Shown here in pieces: positions 1 through 8,286 of a stretch of 33,536 nucleotides of DNA. A program made the position numbers and the translations under genes. How positions within the stretch are numbered: the first letter of the stretch is position 1; each line of letters begins with the position of its first letter. The notes below the pieces were generated by a model. The model saw nothing but the letters and a program-made list of their open reading frames with translations, ran no database searches and was not told the DNA's origin. Source of the stretch: Candidatus Sysuiplasma jiujiangense (GTDB lineage Archaea; Thermoplasmatota; Thermoplasmata; Sysuiplasmatales; Sysuiplasmataceae); the NCBI GenBank assembly GCA_019721075.1, contig JAHEAD010000020.1:1-33536 (forward strand). Direction: 5' to 3'.

Positions 1-626
1 TGTGCCGTATCTCATATTCGTGCCGAAGAACGGACCGGTGAAGAGGGCGCTTGCACCGATGCGTTCCGGCGACATGCGCACGGTTGGGCATGAGTTCATT
101 CTCAACATGGACAGGACTGTCATAAAGGGCGAAACCACCTACGCACTTCTCAGGCAGATATATGAGAAGAGGCTGGACAGATGCATCGACTGGGCATTCG
201 CAACAAACCAGCAGGAGATAGACCTGGACGACATCGTTGCCACATACAGGCAGAGATGGAACATAGAGAATGCATTCAAGATGCAGGATGAGGCAACAAT
301 CAGGTCCAAGTCGAAGGATGTGACCATACGTTTCTTCTACTTCGCATATGAGCAGCTGTTGCAGCTGATATGGTCTGTCTTCTACAGAGAGGAGGTGTCA
401 TTCAAGGGGATGCTCATAGCTCTCAGCGACACATGCACAGAGCGTGTGGAACGGGCCGAGGAGAGGGCGGCTGGGAAGCGCTCCGTAGCAAAAGGCATCT
501 GAGGAGCGCAGCCGCAGCGTATGGCATACGCGGCAGATTCCTTCTCAAACTCTCAGGAGCCCAAGATAACAACAGGCTGAACCATCAAACTTCAAATCGG
601 CTTCGGAGGTTCTGGCTGAGGCACAG
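1..626 (+). mobile_element. Right part of an insertion sequence; right end probably near 626
   Basis: Transposase 3' end, plus candidate terminus 'tctggctgaggcacag' (reverse complement CTGTGCCTCAG...), which from memory resembles ISH3-family ends. The left IR is outside the window, so the boundary is unconfirmed. Confidence 0.55.
2..502 (+). CDS. DDE transposase, ISH3/IS4-like, C-terminal part (truncated by window edge)
   Basis: YREK-type motif 'YRQRWNIENAFK' followed by 'IRSKSKDVTIRFFYF', typical of ISH3-family transposases. The frame is open from the window start. Confidence 0.85.
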   Translation: MPYLIFVPKNGPVKRALAPMRSGDMRTVGHEFILNMDRTVIKGETTYALLRQIYEKRLDRCIDWAFATNQQEIDLDDIVATYRQRWNIENAFKMQDEATIRSKSKDVTIRFFYFAYEQLLQLIWSVFYREEVSFKGMLIALSDTCTERVERAEERAAGKRSVAKGI

Positions 627-680
627 GAGTGTTTAATTAGGAACGCCATTCACCGGCAGAACAGTCTGTGAGGTAAGACA

Positions 681-2150
681 ATGTCAAAAATAGATGAGAG
701 ACTGAACCACGCTCCAGTGCCGGTCACCGTCGCGTACGGAGACGGTATCGGCCCGGAAATAATGGAGGCAACGCTCAAAATTATAACGGCCGGCGGTGCT
801 AGCCTGGCAGTGGAGTCCATCCAGATAGGCGAATCCGTTTACAACAGGGGCATTACATCCGGCATAGAACATTCATCCTGGGACTCGCTGCGGCGGACCA
901 GGGTTTTCCTGAAGGCGCCGATAACGACTCCACAGGGCGGCGGCTTCAAAAGCCTGAACGTTACGGTTCGCAAAACGCTGGGCCTGTTCGCCAATGTTCG
1001 TCCATGCCTGTCATACGCTCCCTTTATTGCAACAAAACATCCAGGAATGGATGTTGTAATAATCAGAGAAAACGAGGAAGATCTCTATGGGGGCATAGAG
1101 CATCGGCAGACAGATGAAGTGGTCCAGTGTCTCAAGCTTATTTCCAGGCCGGGATCAGAACGACTGATAAGATATGCGTTTGAATATGCGAGGCGGTATG
1201 GCCGCCGCAAGGTTTCTTGCTTCACCAAGGACAACATAATGAAGATGACCGATGGTATGTTTCACAGGGTGTTCGATGAGGTCGCGGGCGAATATCCGGA
1301 TTTGGCGAGCGAGCACCTGATTGTCGACATAGGGGCGGCCAAACTCGCCGATACTCCAGAGAAGTTCGACGTTATCGTGATGCCCAACCTCTATGGTGAC
1401 ATACTTTCTGATGTGGCAGCCCAGATAGCTGGCTCTGTCGGTCTCGCAGGAAGCGCAAATATTGGCAGCGAGGTGGCAATGTTCGAGGCTATTCATGGCT
1501 CCGCTCCAAAAAGGGCCGGTCAGAACGTTGCAAATCCGTCTGGTCTTCTGCTTGCCGCAGTTCAGATGCTGGTTCATATCGGCCAGGGGGATGTTGCCGC
1601 CCGGGTGCACAATGCCTGGCTGAAAACGATCGAGGATGGCATTCACACATACGATATATACGATCCGTCAATCTCCATGGAAAAGGTGGGCACACGCGAG
1701 TTCGCTGCGGCCGTGATTGCGCGACTCGGAAAAAAGCCACAGACGCTAAAGGCTGTCGATTATCCTGCGCATGACGAGCCCATTTCAGTCAAGTTGAAAA
1801 ATAGACCACTTCAGGTCAAACAGCTGGTGGGCGTGGACGTCTTCGTTGAATGGCGCGGATCGGCCGAAATGCTGGGACAGCAGCTCGAGAAACAGGCAGG
1901 ACCTGATTTTCAGCTTCAGATGATCACAAACAGGGGGACGAAAGTGTATCCCGGCGGCATGTCAGAAACCTTCTGCGTTGACCACTGGCGCTGCCGTTTT
2001 CAGGCTCCGGGCAACGATGGAACGGTAACCCATAAGATGGTTATCGGACTTCTCTCAAGGCTCGTGTCAGCCGACCTGCCTCCCGTTAAGACGGAGGGGC
2101 TGTTCACATTTGACGGTCTGCCTGGATATTCATTAGGCCAGGGACAGTAA
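681..2150 (+). CDS. icd: Isocitrate dehydrogenase, long form with C-terminal extension (probably NADP-dependent)
   Basis: Motifs GDGIGPEI, KAPITTP, SLNVTVRK, RENEEDLY, KDNIMK, NLYGDILSD and FEAIHGSAP. C-terminal domain 'LVGVDVFV...MITNRGTKVYP...DHWRCRF...YSLGQGQ'. SD-like 'gaggt' upstream. Confidence 0.93.
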   Translation: MSKIDERLNHAPVPVTVAYGDGIGPEIMEATLKIITAGGASLAVESIQIGESVYNRGITSGIEHSSWDSLRRTRVFLKAPITTPQGGGFKSLNVTVRKTLGLFANVRPCLSYAPFIATKHPGMDVVIIRENEEDLYGGIEHRQTDEVVQCLKLISRPGSERLIRYAFEYARRYGRRKVSCFTKDNIMKMTDGMFHRVFDEVAGEYPDLASEHLIVDIGAAKLADTPEKFDVIVMPNLYGDILSDVAAQIAGSVGLAGSANIGSEVAMFEAIHGSAPKRAGQNVANPSGLLLAAVQMLVHIGQGDVAARVHNAWLKTIEDGIHTYDIYDPSISMEKVGTREFAAAVIARLGKKPQTLKAVDYPAHDEPISVKLKNRPLQVKQLVGVDVFVEWRGSAEMLGQQLEKQAGPDFQLQMITNRGTKVYPGGMSETFCVDHWRCRFQAPGNDGTVTHKMVIGLLSRLVSADLPPVKTEGLFTFDGLPGYSLGQGQ

Positions 2151-2161
2151 CAGACTTAGAC

Positions 2162-2167
2162 TTTTTT
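2162..2167 (+). terminator. Putative oligo-T terminator after icd
   Basis: T6 run 12 nt after the stop codon. Confidence 0.4.
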
Positions 2168-3139
2168 GCATTGACTGCTATTCGCCCGACTGATTAGTAG
2201 CGTTAGCGATGACAATACCTGCTGGTCTGCTGCTTGGAATGTGAAAGTCATGAGATGTGTGAAACTGCCCATTTCAAAATACAGAGGGAAAATGCGGAGC
2301 CTGCCGAGCAACCTTCACAATCATCTGCATTTCCGACAATTTAAATGACGGATCGTTCTCATTGAACCGTTTTCCACCCGGGATTGACTGTTTTTGAGAA
2401 TAGATCTGTTGGAGCATCAAGCCACCTTAACATTTGGCATGACATACAAGTCGATGGCATTCATACGCGACCACTGGTATCTCTGTGAGACGAAGTCATA
2501 CTGAGACAGGGAGCAGAAGAAGAGGAGGCAGCGCATTGTCCGCTGCCTGTGTATGCTGCGAATAACATGACAATCTCACCGAACCTGTACACCCTCGTGT
2601 AAACGCTGTGTACACGGCGTTTCCTACCGGTCTCATGGCAGCATTTTATGCATCGGCGCAGGAATTGAGTGTACGCACAATCAGGGTGTGCTGTCACTCG
2701 ACGAACCGTTCGCTACGCTATGCAGCCTTTCATCTTATCATGTACGGAAGCAGCACGATTACGATCTGCAGGATGTGCTGACGTGCCAGTGGCGCGGCAG
2801 CCCACGCGAACTGACGGTATTCTCGTGACTGCTGAGCAGAATCTATGGAAAATGGAGAAGCTCCTGGTCGCAGAACTCATCGTGAAGAGGGATGGAATAC
2901 ATTCAGGGATGAAGCACATGAAGATGGAAGATGCCCGGCATCCATCATCCACCTGTTTATTAGGAGGAGACCGGATTTCCTTGCAGAGACGGCGGTATAT
3001 AAACGACAAAACTTTCAGCCGTACTCATGCCATTTAAGAAATGCCAGATCGGCTAAAGACGTGAATATTTTCGAGATCCCACTTCGGTAGCAATGAGTTA
3101 AGGAAACGCCCTCACTCAGAGAAGTAAACCATGACGAAT

Positions 3140-3169
3140 ATCCATGTAGCATACTTAAATAGCATGGAT
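3140..3169 (+). promoter_or_regulatory. TATA-like box (cttaaata) flanked by inverted repeat atccatg/catggat upstream of the ABC operon
   Basis: Arms at 3140-3146 and 3163-3169 bracket the AT-rich box, about 60-90 nt before the ATG at 3231. Confidence 0.45.
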
Positions 3170-3230
3170 CGTTTAAACCAAGCAGAGCTTACTTGAGGGG
3201 AACGAATAGAAATTCAAGTGAGGACACTCC

Positions 3231-6200
3231 ATGAAGAGAAAAAGTAGTTACGAATCGATGGGCCAGAGAATTTTGAGCAGCGGCAAAGGGAAAGCTATCG
3301 TTTTGATTGCAGTATTCGCGGTCGCGGTTATGGTCACCTCATCCGCGTTTGGTGCTTTTGTCTTGAGTCCCAAAGCGGGTTACGAACTCCGCAGTGCAAA
3401 GAGTTCTGTTTCTGCTACGCCAAGTGTCACGCCCAATACATGGCCGACCACCACGATGCAGGAACCCGGCTATACCGGCGGTAATTATTCCATGGCTGCT
3501 GTCGCTTCAGTAGAGCATCTCAACATATACCTGGCAGAGGATTTGTATAGTTTCTTCCTTCTCGATGAGATCTACGACTCGCCTGCTGTGACTGCGCCCA
3601 ACAACACACTGATTCCATGGCTCTCCACGGGATGGAGCGAAACCAATGTCACAGGCAAGAATATGACCACTTTTGATCCGCTAAACGCCACGATGCAGAA
3701 TGTGAGCTACATATGGACAGTTCACATCAGGCCTGGTGTACAGTGGACTGACTGGACACCGTCTGGCGCTTCAAGCACTTATATGTTCAGCAATCACACA
3801 TCCTTCGACCTCTATAACTTTACCACAGGCGCCATACAAGGCTTCAATTACACATACAACTGGAGCTCGATGCCTATGCGCACTTATGAAGTCCAGTCGG
3901 CAGATTTTATTCTCACGTGGCTCATGTTGTCTTCTTCATTCGATTTCAGCGGCACATACCTTAACATAGTCAACGTAGAACCTGTAAACAATCTCACTGT
4001 TCAGTATTATCTCAGTGCGCAGTCGGCAAGTTTTGTCGACTATGTTTTACAGGATCCCGTCCTTCCCTACCACATCTGGGTCCAGCACGACTGGTCCAAC
4101 ACCCCGGGGACGTGGAATTACACTGCCTCAGCAAACGGTTACGACACATGGAATATGAATTATAGTGAAGCGACAGGTGTTGCCACTGGACTTGTGGGGA
4201 GTGGTCCTTTCATGATGAACGGCGGCTACGGAATGCCCACCGGAAACTGGAACACCGCAACCGGAAGCTGGGATCTCATTGTGAATCCTCATTATTTTGT
4301 CCAATATGTTCCTTCGCTCGAACAGTGGACGCCAAAGTTCTTTGAACTGAACGTTCCAAAGTATTCTTCCATTTCTGATGCTGCAACGGCTGAAAAGCTC
4401 GGATTGGTGGATACTATTGAACAGGGGCTTCCACCGACTTTCATTCCGACAATTTCGACGATGCCGAACACCTACATATATCACAAGCCTGCATCTTCGT
4501 TCGGCTATATTCAGCTGAACAGCCGCCCGCAGTACGCTCCACTCAACATAACCGCTTTCAGGCAGGCTCTGAACTACGCCACCGACAAGGAGTACATATC
4601 ATCCGTCATTGATGAAGGGTATAACATCAACGGACCAAACGGAATTCCGAGTGCTGATGCTGAATGGTACAATGCGACAGCACCCAATTTCCCATACAAT
4701 CCTTCTCTCGCAAAAAGCATGATAGCCAATATTTCAGGCATGAAATTGGTGAGCGGCGTCTGGAATTACAAGGGCAAGCCTGTTTCAATCACGATTCAGA
4801 TATCGCCTTACAGTGAAGACCCTCTGGCCGTTGAAGGCGCCCAGGTTATCGCGAATGACTGGAACAGTATAGGCGTTCCCACGACTGTTGAACAGATGTC
4901 CTTTACCACGCAGGTTGCTAACACCATCAACTATGCGTTCCAGGCAACAGATCTCGGCATCACAGGGATTTCAGGCGATCCGACGGGCGACTTTATCGTA
5001 TTCTACAACTCGAATTACGCATCGGCAGGCTTCTTCTTCGGACCCTATACAAACATAACCATTGCGGGCAAATTCTACAACACCACCCAGATAACAAATC
5101 TCGTCAACAACCTGACAGTTGAGCTGAATCTAGTTACAAATCTTGCAAAGAGGATAAGCATAGCTGATCAGATTGAAGGAATTGTTGCGCAGGAATCCAC
5201 AATGATTAGCCTGGGCTACCCGATAGACATACTCGAATTCACCAACACTACGTTCACCGGCATAATAAAGGATACTCTTCCGATAGGTTCATTCATGTAC
5301 TGGAACTTCCTGAGCCTCCATCTCAGAAAGAAGCCGTTGCCCATTCCAACCGCCCCACCGGTTCAGCTCAAGGTAGGCATCGTCACACAAAATACCGTCT
5401 ACTGGGACGGGATGTATGGCAACGCAACGGTCCAAGTCAGGAACCAGTATGGCCAGCCGGTTAGCGGCGCAAGTGTTGTAGTTGGCTATACCCCGGCCGG
5501 GCCGCTTGTCAACATTACATCCAACAACGGAACGACGAACAGTGCGGGAATTTACACCTGGGAATTCAAGGTTTCTAATGCAAACGCCATACCCTTCACC
5601 AACGATTACTCGGGGTCAGTAAATATTCAGGCAGCTGCCTCAATGCCTTCCGCAGCCTCTGCATCGGGTCAGACATCGATTGATGTTTCCCCATACCCAG
5701 TAGAGTATAAGACGAGTGGAATGCCCGTCCTCGTAAACGGTTCAGCTCCAAAGGAATTCAACATAACTGTGTTGAACCCCTCCACCAATACACCATTGCC
5801 AAATTACAACTATATAATCCAGGCCCTTAACGGGGCAATCAACATGACGCCGACGAATACTTCTACGCAGACCGTTTCAACGCTCACTTCCTTTAACGCC
5901 TTCGGGTTTGGATTCCAGAACGTGACGATTCTCAATGGAACCTACGATTACAACCTGACTTCAATAAGCGGTTCAACCGGTGCCAATGGTACAATCTCGG
6001 TTTGGTTGGCTGTGAACAGTTCTTCGGTCAACTTTTCAGCGATGGGTGACCCGTTCCAGAGCTGGATCTTCCTTGGCGACTATGCCGGCGGCGGTCCGAT
6101 GAGCGGGCTGTCTGGATTCGCTCCGATTGCACAACTCACTTCCTCCTCAAACAACAACCCGATTAATGGGCCCGAAGGTTTTGGCGTTACTCAGCCGGTA

Positions 6201-7208
6201 GGTCTACCAGTTGAGGTAACAACTTCAGCCCCAACGGTCGAATTGTCCCTCACTTCCAGTGCCGCTACTGTCGGCTATAACGGTAGCGCTTCTGTCTCGA
6301 TCCGTGCAGTTAACGCGACAACGGGCGCCGGCGTACCCAACTACAATGTCACTCTACAGCTTCAGAATGCACTTGGTGCAAATCGCGGAATGCTCCTTAA
6401 TTCAAGCGGCACCGAAATTCAGGCATTTAACCCGAACATATACTTCGCCAGCACTTATCTTCCAGCGATAGAACTCACGACAAGTGCTGGAGGTTATGCA
6501 AACGCGACATTCTCAGCGGATATGTTCACAAGCAACTACAACTCCACAGGAGTGTTCACATCTTATTCGTCAATCCCGTTTACAGATCCGTATCTGGTTC
6601 CGTTCGATGAATTCCAGCTTAGCGCTGTTGGTGCAGACATGCAGGTGGCTTTACTCACTATCACATCCACTGCTTTCGTCAACAGTGTATCACCGGTTCC
6701 TGTAGCCACAGGATATGTACAGAGCTCGCAGCTTGTAAATGGCAACATGGTGATATATGGAAACTCCACCTACAACCTGTATGTGAATTCGACGCTGAAC
6801 TCTCCATACGGGCCATCGACCGCGGGTGTTGCGGCAACTGTGTCCGTAACCGCAGGCAGCGTCAGTTCGGCAACGGTGACCACATCTTCCAACGGCTCTG
6901 CACTGGTGACCTACACATCCCCCAATGTTACGGCAATTGTAGCAGCGACCATAACAGTCTCAACCTCTTCAGGTAACTCGACTCTCACCCTCTACATCCT
7001 GCCGAAACCCTATGTTGCGCCGGTAACTGTCACGAAGTCCAAGACTGTGTCAACGATTCCGGCTACCCTTTATGCAGGACTTGGTGTATTCGTCGTGCTG
7101 ACTGTGATATTTGCAGCACTCTATGTCACTGCAAACCGCAAGCTACACCGTGTCGTGAAGACTGAGGAAAAACCGCCAGAGCATGACGAAGGGCAAGGTA
7201 AGACCTGA
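3231..7208 (+). CDS. Opp/Dpp-family (class 5) ABC substrate-binding protein with ~570-aa C-terminal extension and membrane anchor
   Basis: N-terminal hydrophobic signal. SBP-5 motifs 'WTVHIRPGVQWTD', 'VGSGPF', 'NPHYF' and 'FRQALNYATDK'. Pro-rich linker KPLPIPTAPP, Ser/Thr/Asn-rich beta-strand region, C-terminal TM helix and charged tail. First gene of the ABC operon. Confidence 0.88.
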   Translation: MKRKSSYESMGQRILSSGKGKAIVLIAVFAVAVMVTSSAFGAFVLSPKAGYELRSAKSSVSATPSVTPNTWPTTTMQEPGYTGGNYSMAAVASVEHLNIYLAEDLYSFFLLDEIYDSPAVTAPNNTLIPWLSTGWSETNVTGKNMTTFDPLNATMQNVSYIWTVHIRPGVQWTDWTPSGASSTYMFSNHTSFDLYNFTTGAIQGFNYTYNWSSMPMRTYEVQSADFILTWLMLSSSFDFSGTYLNIVNVEPVNNLTVQYYLSAQSASFVDYVLQDPVLPYHIWVQHDWSNTPGTWNYTASANGYDTWNMNYSEATGVATGLVGSGPFMMNGGYGMPTGNWNTATGSWDLIVNPHYFVQYVPSLEQWTPKFFELNVPKYSSISDAATAEKLGLVDTIEQGLPPTFIPTISTMPNTYIYHKPASSFGYIQLNSRPQYAPLNITAFRQALNYATDKEYISSVIDEGYNINGPNGIPSADAEWYNATAPNFPYNPSLAKSMIANISGMKLVSGVWNYKGKPVSITIQISPYSEDPLAVEGAQVIANDWNSIGVPTTVEQMSFTTQVANTINYAFQATDLGITGISGDPTGDFIVFYNSNYASAGFFFGPYTNITIAGKFYNTTQITNLVNNLTVELNLVTNLAKRISIADQIEGIVAQESTMISLGYPIDILEFTNTTFTGIIKDTLPIGSFMYWNFLSLHLRKKPLPIPTAPPVQLKVGIVTQNTVYWDGMYGNATVQVRNQYGQPVSGASVVVGYTPAGPLVNITSNNGTTNSAGIYTWEFKVSNANAIPFTNDYSGSVNIQAAASMPSAASASGQTSIDVSPYPVEYKTSGMPVLVNGSAPKEFNITVLNPSTNTPLPNYNYIIQALNGAINMTPTNTSTQTVSTLTSFNAFGFGFQNVTILNGTYDYNLTSISGSTGANGTISVWLAVNSSSVNFSAMGDPFQSWIFLGDYAGGGPMSGLSGFAPIAQLTSSSNNNPINGPEGFGVTQPVGLPVEVTTSAPTVELSLTSSAATVGYNGSASVSIRAVNATTGAGVPNYNVTLQLQNALGANRGMLLNSSGTEIQAFNPNIYFASTYLPAIELTTSAGGYANATFSADMFTSNYNSTGVFTSYSSIPFTDPYLVPFDEFQLSAVGADMQVALLTITSTAFVNSVSPVPVATGYVQSSQLVNGNMVIYGNSTYNLYVNSTLNSPYGPSTAGVAATVSVTAGSVSSATVTTSSNGSALVTYTSPNVTAIVAATITVSTSSGNSTLTLYILPKPYVAPVTVTKSKTVSTIPATLYAGLGVFVVLTVIFAALYVTANRKLHRVVKTEEKPPEHDEGQGKT

Positions 7209-7244
7209 GCCACCGAAAAACGAGGAAGCTGAGTAATCAAACCC

Positions 7245-7261
7245 TTTTCTTTTCATATTTT
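7245..7261 (+). terminator. T-rich internal terminator or attenuator between binding protein and permease
   Basis: 'ttttcttttcatatttt' downstream of the SBP stop. This is a common arrangement that favours excess binding protein. Confidence 0.45.
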
Positions 7262-7286
7262 GTTTAGGGCACAGGGGTGCTGCTGT

Positions 7287-8276
7287 TTGAATGTATATCT
7301 GATAATCAGGAAATTAGTCCAGGTCGTTATACTTCTTGTACTGATGGCCGCCGTACTTTTTGTAATATTCAGGCTGATGCCGGGTAATCCGGTTGATCTC
7401 TTTATTTATGGAGCAAAGACACACTATGCCACATCAACCGAAATAAAGATAGTCGAAGCAAGACTTGGACTGACCGGCGGCAAGTGGAATTTCCACAATT
7501 TCGTCGTGTATATGGTGGATATGTTCACGTTCAATTTCGGCTATGATTACTTTTCACAGGCAACAGTTTGGCAGATTATACTTAATGCCCTTCCATACTC
7601 CCTGCTGCTGCTGGGAACCGCCCTTGCACTTTCATTTGTAATCGGCCTTCCGATAGGCATACTCGCCACCTGGTACCGTGGCAAAAAGAAGGAAGCCGTC
7701 ATAAATACATCAAACCTGATACTCAATTCCATACCATACTTCATACTGGCCATACTGTTCTATCTGTATTTTGTTGCATTCTATCCAATATTTCCTGTCA
7801 ATGGATCGTTCGGAACCTACGATCTGTATCATATGTACTATCCGGCAATTTTTGCCAAGGTGCTCTATAAAATGACACTTCCACTGCTCTCCCTTGTTCT
7901 GGTGGAGGAGGCTGCCCATGTCCTTACAATGAGAGCTGCGATGGTTTCTGTCATGGGCGAGGACTTTATCACAACTGCAAGAGCAAAGGGAGTCGCAGAA
8001 CGGACTATTTTCTTCAGGCATGCTGCCAGAAATGCGATGATACCTGTTTCTACCAGGATGGCTCTCGAGTTTGCGTTTCTGACAAGCGGTGCCATATTTG
8101 TTGAGGTCATATTTTCGTGGCCCGGCATCGGCTCTCTCATCTATACTGCAGCGCTGAATGAGGATTATCCGCTAAGTGAAGGCGCCCTTTTCATCATTTC
8201 TCTTGTCGTGATTCTCACGTACTCTATCATTGATTTTATACATGCGTGGCTAGACCCGAGGATAAGCGCCTCTTAG
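7287..8276 (+). CDS. dppB: ABC peptide transporter permease, DppB/OppB type
   Basis: Motifs 'RLMPGNP', 'FNFGY', EAA loop 'EDFITTARAKGV', 'IFSWPGIG' and 'LDPRI'. Start moved to TTG 7287, which follows SD-like 'ggggtg'. Confidence 0.92.
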   Translation: MNVYLIIRKLVQVVILLVLMAAVLFVIFRLMPGNPVDLFIYGAKTHYATSTEIKIVEARLGLTGGKWNFHNFVVYMVDMFTFNFGYDYFSQATVWQIILNALPYSLLLLGTALALSFVIGLPIGILATWYRGKKKEAVINTSNLILNSIPYFILAILFYLYFVAFYPIFPVNGSFGTYDLYHMYYPAIFAKVLYKMTLPLLSLVLVEEAAHVLTMRAAMVSVMGEDFITTARAKGVAERTIFFRHAARNAMIPVSTRMALEFAFLTSGAIFVEVIFSWPGIGSLIYTAALNEDYPLSEGALFIISLVVILTYSIIDFIHAWLDPRISAS

Positions 8277-8286
8277 CGGTGTTCAC

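Noticed and set aside
591..598. 'ttcaaatc' matching the tRNA-Pro T-loop as a possible att copy
   Set aside because: Only 8 nt, on the wrong side of the tRNA and inside the IS, so probably chance.
2461..3090. Short ORFs in the icd-ABC spacer
   Set aside because: They overlap each other, have atypical composition and lack convincing start signals. A decayed gene cannot be excluded.
2151..3230. RNase P RNA or SRP RNA in the spacer
   Set aside because: I could not find the conserved GAGGAAAGUCC or SRP helix-8 motifs on either strand.
3285..3310. Class III (pilin-like) signal peptide 'KGKA/IV' on the binding protein
   Set aside because: The match is weak, and an ordinary Sec signal or anchor explains the N-terminus equally well.
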